Source: Chamaesiphon sp.
GTDB taxonomy: Bacteria; Cyanobacteriota; Cyanobacteriia; Cyanobacteriales; Chamaesiphonaceae
Direction of reading: 5' to 3'
Assembly: GCA_965246715.1 (NCBI GenBank)
Contig: CBDFFH010000020.1
Coordinates: forward strand, 197,726-261,725
Length of the DNA stretch: 64,000 nucleotides
The notes beneath the pieces are model-generated. The model did not search any database, was not told where the DNA came from, and saw nothing but the letters and a program-made list of their open reading frames with translations. Positions 30,001-40,083 of the stretch are shown piece by piece; the stretch's first letter is position 1; every line of letters starts with the position of its first letter. The translations under genes and the position numbers were made by a program.

Positions 30001-31005
30001 TAATCGTCGCGCCGCCCAAACCGCAGGTGACACCAGTCCTTCGGGGCTGGTGAGGGTTGTAAGTCCTGAACGGTCGTCCTACAACAGTAAAAACCTTATC
30101 GACGGTGACACCAGTCCTTCGGGGCTGGTGAGGGTTGTAAGCAAAAAGGCTCGGAAAATGCCAATGATAGCTCACGGTGACACCAGTCCTTCGGGGCTGG
30201 TGAGGGTTGTAAGATGGCGTGCCGATCGAGATGGACGATACCTATGTGTGACACCAGTCCTTCGGGGCTGGTGAGGGTTGTAAGAAAACTTACTGGAGCG
30301 GACTTACTCGCTCGCATGTGACACCAGTCCTTCGGGGCTGGTGAGGGTTGTAAGCTAGCGATACCTCAGTATTGCTGTTGACCTGAATTGCCATTATGTG
30401 ACACCAGTCCTTCGGGGCTGGTGAGGGTTGTAAGGATCGTTAAGGTATCGGTACCCCTGTCCCAGTAAATGTGACACCAGTCCTTCGGGGCTGGTGAGGG
30501 TTGTAAGCCTGGAAAGTTAACGATCGCCCCGCGCAAGACGTGACACCAGTCCTTCGGGGCTGGTGAGGGTTGTAAGTGTTGTTATACCCTAGATTTCGCA
30601 ATTCTTTAGGTGACACCAGTCCTTCGGGGCTGGTGAGGGTTGTAAGAGTCGATCGGGTGTCATCGCAAAACCATATTGATAATATGACATCAGCCTTTCA
30701 GGGCTGGTGAGGGTTGTAAGGAGTATGGTACGCCAATCGTCCTCAACATCTACACGGTGACATCAGCCTTTCGGGGCTGGTGAGGGTTGTAAGAAGTCGA
30801 TCCATTAAGGTGTGGCGAATTGTGCAGCTTTTTTTTGGGCTGCTGAGGATGGTAGTTCTGTGGGACAACGTTGTCCCACAGAACTACTGGGTGACATCAG
30901 CTTTTCTTTGGGGCTAGTGAGAGCTATGAGAACGGCAAACTAATTCTTACTCTGCGGGGCAATACCGATGACATCGGCTCCGAAAGGCTGATTAGTGCTG
31001 TAAAT
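27073..31005 (+). CRISPR. CRISPR array, about 55 repeats and 54 spacers
   Basis: 37-nt repeat GTGACACCAGTCCTTCGGGGCTGGTGAGGGTTGTAAG occurs 50 times (the copy at 29955 has an extra T), then 5 increasingly degenerate trailer repeats from 30684; spacers about 28-43 nt. Confidence 0.99.
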
Positions 31006-31040
31006 AAGTGGAGTAACGATCGAGAGTTAAGCGCATTTTT

Positions 31041-31077
31041 ATTACAAACATCACCAGTCTCAAAAGATTAGTGATGT
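31041..31077 (-). repeat. Inverted degenerate CRISPR repeat behind the array trailer
   Basis: ATTACAAACATCACCAGTCTCAAAAGATTAGTGATGT is about 25/37 identical to the reverse-complemented repeat and keeps a hairpin. Confidence 0.55.
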
Positions 31078-31183
31078 TTAAATCCCTGGCACTGCTATTA
31101 ATGTCACCGATAGGTAGTAGTTAGGCCAAATTGCACTGATAATTTGTAAAATCAGTTGTTAAAATTGGAGTAAATGAATAAGC

Positions 31184-31588
31184 GTGGTAACTATGAGTAA
31201 CGTTAACGATCGGAGGATTTTTGAACTTGACCTTGGTTGTCCGTTAGAACCAGATGATCTCTTAAGCTACTATGCAAATGGAATGCTTATTCCAACAGAT
31301 CGAGAGAAGTTTTTGAAAAACCATGTTGAAAATGGCTATAAGGAGCCTCTTAAAATACTTGCGAATCGTGAGAAAAGAGCTGCTGAAGAAATAACCGAAA
31401 TCCTAAAAATGGAGTCTGAGTACAAGTCTGAAACAGAAGAACAGAAGAAAGGCCGATGGATAAAAGAGAAAAAACAAGATGCCCATGACTATCACGACCT
31501 ACAAAAAGACTTACGGGCTTGGGATAATGATAGTGACGAGCCTAGACCGAGCACTAATTGGCGAGAATTGGAAATGTACGGACTGTAG
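31184..31588 (+). CDS. Hypothetical charged protein
   Basis: 134-aa ORF (ATG at 31193 is an alternative start); no recognisable motif. Confidence 0.6.
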   Translation: MVTMSNVNDRRIFELDLGCPLEPDDLLSYYANGMLIPTDREKFLKNHVENGYKEPLKILANREKRAAEEITEILKMESEYKSETEEQKKGRWIKEKKQDAHDYHDLQKDLRAWDNDSDEPRPSTNWRELEMYGL

Positions 31589-31620
31589 ATGAATTTTGCC
31601 CTGCTTCAATTGTAATTCAC

Positions 31621-31663
31621 AGAAAAAAGTAGAAGATAAAATTTATACATCTTCTGCTTTTTC
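31621..31663. terminator. Probable bidirectional terminator between convergent genes
   Basis: AGAAAAAAGTAGAAGAT...ATCTTCTGCTTTTCT inverted repeat. Confidence 0.55.
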
Positions 31664-31709
31664 TATTACATTATTGGAGCAAGACTGTTCAATATTTCCA
31701 GTGCATTAG

Positions 31710-34700
31710 TTATATTGCTATCTCTATTTCCCACTCCTGTTCATGATTCTCTGTTTGTATTGGGACAAATGCTGGGATAGATTGCTCTGTTTGCTCTTGA
31801 GCTGGACTTGCCTCGTATATACCCGCAGAGTTGAGGTACAAGTCATAGCCCGCTTCCACAAGATAATCTCTGGTCATTTTATCGATGCCCGTGTCAGCAC
31901 CGACTAAAAACTTCGCTTTAGCCTTTGTTGCAATATCGATCTGTGGTGCATACTGAGTACGAAAATGCTGTGCCAGTAACTCGTTGCTAGTATCCCTCCC
32001 CGTCCGATTCCCGCTGACCATTACTACATCTGTCGATTTGTAGGCGGTTACATTAGCATTAGTACCCCAGTTGTCGCGGTACATAGATGTGCGACTTCTA
32101 GCTTCGAGTGGAATCCCAATATATTTGTTAGCCGCAAATCCCATCATGATATCAGTCTGAGCGCGAGACTGTAGCTTAGTCCAGTCCTTGTTTGCGCTGT
32201 AAGAGTTGAGGATTGGGTTACTCCGCTTAATCCCATCCCGCACCAAAACGTGACTGACAGCACGATCGTTGAGATAAGTTTGTAATACGGCAGATTCCAC
32301 CACCGCAAAGTATCGGGTTGATTTGCCATCCTCGCTGGGTAGCTCGGCACCGATTGGTAAGCCCAGGTGATAAACTGCTGTGTCTCTTTGTCTCGAATTG
32401 ACAAATTCAAACACGACCGACGATCCAATCTCGACTCCTTTACCCTTGAATCTAGTTAAAACCTCTCCAGCGATCGGTTTTAGACTGTAAGAGACAGGTC
32501 TAGATCTGTTCAGATCTAACATTGGGGTATCTGTGGCTTGCGGGTATCGTTCGATCCATTTCTTGAGAATATTAAGTTCGATCGGACACCGATAGCGAGT
32601 AATGGGGATGCTGGCAAGTTTAGCTTGGTAATCTGCTTGAGTGACTGGCTTCCCTAGTTGTTTAGAAATCATGCTTTTAACCGAACTTTCCAACCCTGCT
32701 GGATCGAGCCGCAATACCGTATACGAACGACGAGATTCCTCATAGCTGGCGGGGATACCACGTTCCATTTTTGTATAATTGACATCCTTCTCTGTGAGCC
32801 TTTTTTCGACCGCAACAATCTTGTTTTCTGGTATGACTAACAGTAGCTGCTCAACTTCTTTCAATCCTGACTCATCAACAATGGGCACCATAACCTTAAC
32901 TGAAAAAGATTGCGGAAAGGAATTACGATCGGCTTGACGACGCAAGTTGCGACTTGTCTCTTCCAAAACAACCTTGACTCGATCGCGAAGCGCGCTACCA
33001 AGGCGGTCGCTCTTAAATTCGACTGATTTCAATTCCCTGACTGTCAATTTTGGGCTTTGTACCTCATCTTTTGTAGCGCGCTGATAAGTCCTGGCAGGTT
33101 CGACATCGGCCCAGATATTGCTGTTGTAAAGAGTATTCTCATCAATCGATATTTTATATCCAACTTGTTTGGGGATGACACTCTGCACTTTAATCGAGAT
33201 TTCATCGGTATCTGCAAGCTCGGTAATCCGATTGCCCCAAAATTTTTGCTCGGCAGTTTGCGTAATCTCCCCAATCCTTGTCTCACCGCTGTAGACCTCG
33301 ATCGTTGAATTTGGCTCAAGATCTCTGACTAAATCGACTGATATTGCTTCAAACCGTTCCGTGCGGACGGGTTCGGTAACAGTATCGCGATTTTTTTTCT
33401 CGTAAATGGGACTAGAATTTACTCCTGACAGATAGTAAGTTACACCAGCAATCGCTACGGTTGCAGAGAACTTGTTATCAAAAATCTTGAGTCGTTCGAG
33501 CGTCAGCTCCGCCGATTGCCCGTCACCCAAAACCGCTGTAATTTCTGGAGCGATGTCAATAACTTTAATATCGATCTGCTCTGATGGCACTACTAAACGA
33601 TAATTTGGTGTCTGGGTGCAGATGACTCGGATCTCCCTCACATCGCCACTGTCGATTAAATGCTTGCCCTCCCCAGTCAGTTTGCCCACCAACACCGATC
33701 GTTGGTTTCCCTCTAACATCGGCGATTTAAACGTGACGGTGTTGTAGTTAGGCTCGATCGTGCCCTGGAAGCTAGTCTTATCTAGCAGTTGAATGCCATA
33801 GCCAGTCAACTGACCAGCTTCGATCCACTGCTGTTTACCATCAACTTCTGCCTGTGCTTTAAGTTGTTTCGTACCATCGCTACCTGCCATCACAAAGTAC
33901 TTGGTGGGTTTGGTGAGGTAATCTGGATATTGGGTATCCATAATAATCTGCCCCGCTCCCCGATCGAAGATAAATTCATTCAGTGTCTGGGGTAAAGCAC
34001 TCAACAAGAAGTCTTGAGAGATTGCTTTCTCTCCTACCATTTGAGCGGTGGCAGCAAATACCTCACGCTTGTCCCAGCCTCGCTGCTCGATTTGGGCGCG
34101 GAAATCTGCCAAGACTTCGCGGGATTCGGCTTTGAGTTCGTCAATGCGGTTGTGGAGGACTTCAAATTCAAAATCGCTCACATGCTGTTTGCCCTCAGTA
34201 ATAGCCGAAGTTTTCGCACTCGATCCCAGCGTGTACTGATAGTCGATCCCCAATGAGGTTGACGAATTAGCGGGATAAAAAGTCACCAAGCCATTGCTAG
34301 ATTCGATCGCTCCCTTGCCTTCAAGTTGGCGAAAAGTATTAATCTCGCTGACATTACAGTCGCCGACGACAATTTTACTGCCATTAGTAGTGTAGATATT
34401 GAGGACGATCGGTTTGCCAAATTTCAAATCATCTAAGGCTTTTTTCTCAAGTGCGATCGTCGATTGAAGATTTTGGTAGTCGTCACGGAAATTGGCGACC
34501 ATCGCCTTCATTTCTGGCTCGACTGGAACAGATCGCAATTGACTGATTAGTGCGTTCAAGGTCATGCTACTGCTCGGTGGTAGCCGATTCTGGTGGTTCT
34601 CCTCAACGATGAATCGTTTGAGTAATTGGATCCCAGCATCGAGTTCGGGTAGCTTGTTGGTAACGGCATAGACTGTTCCCTCGCTGGGTTTCACCCCAGA

Positions 34701-37080
34701 TTTGACAAAATCTACCGCTCGTTGATTTTCTCTATCTACGACTTCAATACATTTGCGGAGTACGACGGTTTGGTAATCGCGTAAGTAAGTGTCGATCTGG
34801 GCGGGATCGTAGGGATAGTTGGGAGTAACATCGATCTTTTCGGTAAAAATCAGGGGTAGATTAGTGTCGGGATCGATCGTTGGTTGGTTACTCGTCAATG
34901 GTTGAGAGAGATCGATAATCTTACTTAACCGTTCGCGCACGCTCGCGTAGTTCTCAAGATAATTCACCAGTAAAGCTGGATCTGCCTTACCCTCACGGAT
35001 CGCCATCAGCTTCATGGACTTGACTTTCTCCATATCCTCAATCAGATCTGAAGGAAAAACAATCCCCTTCTTCGCATTGATGGGTTTAGCTGCAAGAGTC
35101 TCCGCGTGATACGCACCTAGTAACTGCGCGATTGGCTTTCTCACTAGATGAAGATAGTTAGCTTGAGTGTGGGGATTGTCCGTCTGCTCTTTGATGAAAT
35201 CGACGCTAAACAAAGGTGTGAACTGCTCGAACGTGGCTTGAAGTTCTGGCGGAACTTCAAGTTGTAAATTAACATCTGGCTCGACCACAGATTTTGCATC
35301 CGCTCGATACTTGTGAAAAGAGCTGTAAATTAGTTGCAGTGTCTCGGTTTTGAGCTTTTCGGCAGATCGGCGATCTGCTGCTGATAACTCTCCATCCGTG
35401 CTGGCGATGATAAAATCCAAACTTGCATAGAGTTTATTGATTTTACTCAGTTCGCTATTGATAATCCCTACATAATCTTTCAACCGTTCGACCACCATCC
35501 CAGGTAAATCTTCACTTTGAATTAGCTGCTTCTTGTCCTTCGAGACGAAGTGCATCAACTTTTCTGGGGTGAGGTTATCGACGACTTCCTGATAGAAATT
35601 GGGATAATCTCGTTCGGCAAATAGGGCGATCTGATCCCCATCGAAATCTGCCTTCATCGCCTCCAAATTTGTCCGCCAAGATGCTCGTGCTGCTGCGATC
35701 GAGCCAAACTCTTCAATAATCTGTTGATAGGTTTGGGGGTCATCCTGCTCGATTTCTGCCAGTGTCTGGCGACCGACATAGATCGCATCGGGGATGACTC
35801 CTTCTAGTTCGGGATTGAGAAATAGGGAGATGTTGTTATTGACTTCTACCGCTTGGACTTGTCCGCGATTGAGAACGGGAAACCGCAGCGCGACATGCTT
35901 GTCGCCAGTAGTTAAGCCCGCTCCAGCAATCTGATTGTGCTTGAGTTCGCCACAAACGACAATCGGGCGAAACTCACCTCGCATTGATGAGATCGCTCCT
36001 TCATTAATATTCTTAATTTGTCCGTCCACGTATTCCTGGAGGTTAGCGCGGACGCTAGGTAATTCGAGCAGTCCCCAATTCTTGGATTCTAAGATCGTAT
36101 CGATGAATGCGATATTTCCTGGTAGTTCGACTTCGGGTTTGCCCTTTTTTACTTCCTCCTGTTGGGATATTTTGAAGGTGCGGACGTAATCTTCCGCCAG
36201 ACTGATGAGATCCATCTGCTTTTGTTGGCAAATCTTGAATCGCTGTCTGAACGGGGATGCTCACATCTTTTGCCAATCCCAGAGCGTATAAGTCCTGCAC
36301 GGAACCGAGTTTGGCGGTAGTTTGACGGAATCGCTCGGTTCTGATGATAAATAGATCCGCAGGCTCGACTTGATGAATGCCAATTTTAGGGGGAAGCTTA
36401 CCACCACCTAAACCTTTGAGCATCGATGTGGTTAAGACTAAATCCACATCTACATCCACCCCATGAGTGGCAAAGTATTTCTGGAGATTGAGGGGAGTAA
36501 CTGTACCTTTGATATAGTAGGAGCCGATTTGGGGATCGAGGCTGTATCCGCGCACTTGGGATAAGCCGACATCCTCAATTAATTTCATCCGTTCGCCGAC
36601 GGATCGATCGATTATGCTCGCACCGTCGGCGGCAATATTGCGGATCGCTATTTCTGGGATACCGTAGTTATTCTGACCCGTTTCATGGTCTACTACCAAT
36701 ACCTTCAACTGACGATCTAGGGACTGGCTTTGTCCTTTTGCAAATAAACCCCTGGCGTAACCTGGAATCTGAGTTTCTAGGGGCATTAACGTCTTAATTG
36801 CCGCCTTGACTTCAGGAGTACCAAAATAGAGTTGAGCCGAGCTTGTAGCTAGTAAGACGGTGCCTTCAGGGGCATGGTTGGTGAGGTCATCAACGTTGAT
36901 ATATTTGGAGTAGGGAGCAACGTAAAATGTTGGCTGTTCGCCCTCTTTTAGTAATCCTTGCCGTCGCATTAATTGTTCTATGGTAGTACCTTCCCTAATC
37001 TCCGATCTAATCGCGCCAGAACTTACAGAGATTTGAGGTCTTCTATTGATGAGATCGTAATTGATTAATTTAATAGACAT
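31710..37080 (-). CDS. Two-barrel (YonO/RdRP-like) single-chain RNA polymerase with C-terminal SLOG-like domain; split by a 1-nt frameshift near 36227
   Basis: ORF 36055-37080 has DGASII, QVR, IKG and LTTSMLK; ORF 31710-36215 has RFPVL and ADFDGD (35634-35651); removing one base joins IQDL to QQKQMDL, giving about 1790 aa. Confidence 0.8.
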
Positions 37081-37145
37081 CTTTGTAAGTTAGTGTGCGG
37101 TTAAATTTACTAGTGGGGTGTAGGGGAAAGGGGAAAGGGGAAAAT

Positions 37146-37889
37146 TTAATATGGAATGTCTTCTTCGTTTTCTACTTGTCTAGAGATGATTTTGGGTGGT
37201 GGCGGTGGTTTAGTAGATTGAGTTGCTATGCCTAGAAAATTTTGATGGCTTTGAGTTAGAAATCGCTGAATTCTTATTCTGGTTAATACTGGAATCTCGA
37301 TATTTTCTGGGTGGGCTAAATGATGAAGGATTGCCCCACTTGCTTCGATGAATTCGATTTCTGTGGGGTTGGTAATTATTCCTGGCAGATCGCAGATGTT
37401 AAAAAGGTCTGTTTCGTCATCCGTCTTTTCCAGCTTTCCCCAAACCCGTGCGTATTGATTCCTCACCCAATTGAGTTGCCAATCGTAGTTACATAGCTCT
37501 TGAAAGTAGTTAATACTGTCTCGATGTCCGTTACTGACAAACCAGAAATTATGTCTGATATCGGCGGTGAGAATACCTGAGATATTTATCCATTCCAAAA
37601 ACTTTACTTGAGAGTGACTGGCTAACTTAATTACCAATCTTTTATGGGTATGTACTAATTTGAAGATTTCATCGGCATCTAAATTATTGCTAATGAAATA
37701 TTGACTGGGAGCATGAGATTCTAATAAAAAGGGATTGTAGATTTCACTTAATGGTGAATTGGGACTGGTATCGATTACGATGGGAACGACTTGGAAATCA
37801 TTGAAAAATAAACTTTCCGTCAATGCTCGAACTGTCCAAGATTTACCGACTTGTGGTAAATTACCGCCAACCCAATGAATTTGAGCCAT
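37146..37889 (-). CDS. MobD/ParA-like P-loop protein (degenerate)
   Basis: N-terminal IHWVGGNLPQVGKS, then VIDT; located in a plasmid transfer region. Confidence 0.55.
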   Translation of the reverse strand: MAQIHWVGGNLPQVGKSWTVRALTESLFFNDFQVVPIVIDTSPNSPLSEIYNPFLLESHAPSQYFISNNLDADEIFKLVHTHKRLVIKLASHSQVKFLEWINISGILTADIRHNFWFVSNGHRDSINYFQELCNYDWQLNWVRNQYARVWGKLEKTDDETDLFNICDLPGIITNPTEIEFIEASGAILHHLAHPENIEIPVLTRIRIQRFLTQSHQNFLGIATQSTKPPPPPKIISRQVENEEDIPY

Positions 37890-38344
37890 CAGTTCTGCCC
37901 CGCATAAGTTAGATCGATCTCTGTATCATTTTTAATACCTAATTTCTCAATAATCCCCGCTTTAACTTCTATCACCGCATCGTATTTTTGTTGAAGTGAA
38001 TAGTTGGTGCATCGGTCGGTGCAAGGGGTCACGTTGGCATATAGTCCCACTACTCGGTTCTTGTTGATGAAAATCAGATCTGTCGCAAATTCCATACCTT
38101 TACCACTAAATGTTAATGGTTGTTGGGTTGTGGTTTGATATAGCATTCCTCGATCTGATGGGATATCTGGGCGATGGGTCAATCCTGTTTGTTGTGCGAT
38201 CGCATTCTTGGCGACCTCTAATTTAATTGCCTTGTCGCCAATCGTCGCCTGTGCTGTAATTGGCAAGATTGTTGGCTTGTTATTGCTAACTTTAAATAAG
38301 CTGCTAACATCGACTCCATGTAGATAAATTGGAGCTAATAGCAT
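37889..38344 (-). CDS. DUF192-family protein
   Basis: LEVA...QQTGLTHR..IPSDRGMLY...VIEVKAG; the upstream ORF extension runs through heptamer repeats and is probably non-coding. Confidence 0.8.
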   Translation of the reverse strand: MLLAPIYLHGVDVSSLFKVSNNKPTILPITAQATIGDKAIKLEVAKNAIAQQTGLTHRPDIPSDRGMLYQTTTQQPLTFSGKGMEFATDLIFINKNRVVGLYANVTPCTDRCTNYSLQQKYDAVIEVKAGIIEKLGIKNDTEIDLTYAGQN

Positions 38345-38559
38345 TACTAAATATGGAAGCTGTCCTTTGGTTAAAAATACGTTTTTTTTGTTGAAATTAA
38401 ACACGTTTTTATAAGGGGGAGGGGAGTGGGGGCGTAAGGGGGCAGGGGGGTAGGGGCGTAAGGGAGTGGGGGAGTAACGGAGTAACAGAGTAACGGAGTC
38501 GGGGAGTAACGGATTAAGAACACCACCCAACACCCCAACACCCCCACTCCCCAACTCCC

Positions 38560-40083
38560 TCACCCCCTCCTCCCCACGTAAATATCTAATTCCGGTAAAT
38601 CCAGAGCTGTAGGCTGGTTGGAACTGGCTGCTTCTGTAAATGCTTTGGCTCGGTTTTCAATGGCGAGGACACCTTCAGGGTTCGCGACTGTAGAGACTCT
38701 TGACCCGATTTCGGGCTGTGAGCAACGAATCTGCATCGATTTGAATGTTTTGACCCTGACCTTTGTAGAACTGCATCTTGGCTGCAACAATCGCCATTTG
38801 TGCCAGTTCTGCACCTGTATATTTATTGGTGGCTTCAATAATCGTCAGCCACTCTTCAATGCTCAATGGCCCATGTTCTGACTGGGCATACCGTTTGATC
38901 GAAGCTAGCGCAGTGCAGTTGGAGAATCTGTTTGCGCTCGTCAGAGCTAGGGAAATCCACGTAGAACACCCTGTCGAATCTACCCGCACGTGAGTTCAAA
39001 AGCGGAGGTTTTCGAGACGGTTCAAGTTGCAAGTCACGAAAGTGGCGGAAGTCTTCTCGTTGAGCCAAGTGAGGAGAATACCGAGTAATTCTTTGCCATG
39101 TTCGTCGGCAAAGAACTTATCGAATTCATCGAAGTAGGCGATGCAGGGTTCGCAGGCATCGATCCGCTTGAGTAAGTTGCTTAAACTTGGCAACACCGCC
39201 GGATCTGACTACATCGATGCCGATATTTACTAAGGGAAGTCCCAGTTTTTGAGCGCAGATCTTCGCGAAATAAGTCTTCCCCGCCCCAGGTACACCGACT
39301 AAAATCCAGCCTCTAGGCAGCGGTAGTCCGCATTCTTTCGCGGCTGGGGTGAAGTCCATTTTCACTTCTTCTAGAGCCTGCTTGACTAGATCCATCCCAC
39401 CAATATCTTTGGTGGTGGTATCGCCGATGAATTCTAGTCCGAAGGATTTGAATAGAGTCGTATTTGTAGTTCAAAAGGCGATCGCCTAGAGTTTCGAGGT
39501 TGGTAAGAACATCGCGATTGGCTCTAATCCCAACGGTAATTTCCTCTACTGTCAGACCCGCTAAAATGTTGGCTAGTCGGGGCGATTGCAGTCAAGATCG
39601 ATCCCATGCTCTAATAGGAGAGTAGTTAGCTCAAAAGTTGTGGGTAAAGGAAATTTATATTCCCAAATAATTTGGCTAAAAAAGAAGGAATATTCCCTCG
39701 TCCCGATTCCATGAAGATGACCAGACATTCTCGATTTAATGATTGAGTCGGGCGAATAGTTGCGAGATTGCTTGATAACAACCTTCGCGTTCTATTGGCG
39801 ATACTGCATCGATGAGAGCAAACAGGTTCTCGAATACATACAAGCCATTGGTATTAGCTTGTAACGAGCTAATTGACTCGATCGCTGCGTTAGCTGGATC
39901 TCTATCCAGCGATCCGACCCATTGTGATAAGGGCTGAAAATCTGGCTGCAATAACGACCATAAATAAACGGGTTTATTTAACTCATCCCCCACTAATTGA
40001 ATCTTGTCTAGAGTGTGTTGACGATCGATTACTGTCGTCTCGACCTTAATTAATGGATAGTTCCTAATTAAGTTTTTCAACAT
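38560..40083 (-). pseudogene. Ycf46-like AAA+ ATPase with multiple frameshifts
   Basis: Consecutive fragments in different frames carry GVPGAGKT (Walker A), YFDEFDK (Walker B), RAGRFD and YTGAEL. Confidence 0.8.

Noticed and set aside
26974..30317. Many 60-270-aa ORFs across the array
   Set aside because: They are translations of CRISPR repeats (recurring LQPSPAPKDWCH, YNPHQPRRTGVT), not genes
21254..31005. CRISPR-associated transposon (CAST)
   Set aside because: No tnsB, tnsC or tniQ in the window, and cas3 is present with HD motifs
31584..31593. TTC+ATCTACA match to the 15-nt mini-array spacer at the end of the 134-aa ORF
   Set aside because: Only 7 nt plus PAM, near chance level for 64 kb, and at a stop codon rather than a promoter
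35172..35189. Spacer 9 resembles the polymerase segment EQTDNP (15/18 nt)
   Set aside because: The other half of the spacer does not align and there is no TTC flank; too weak to count as a second hit
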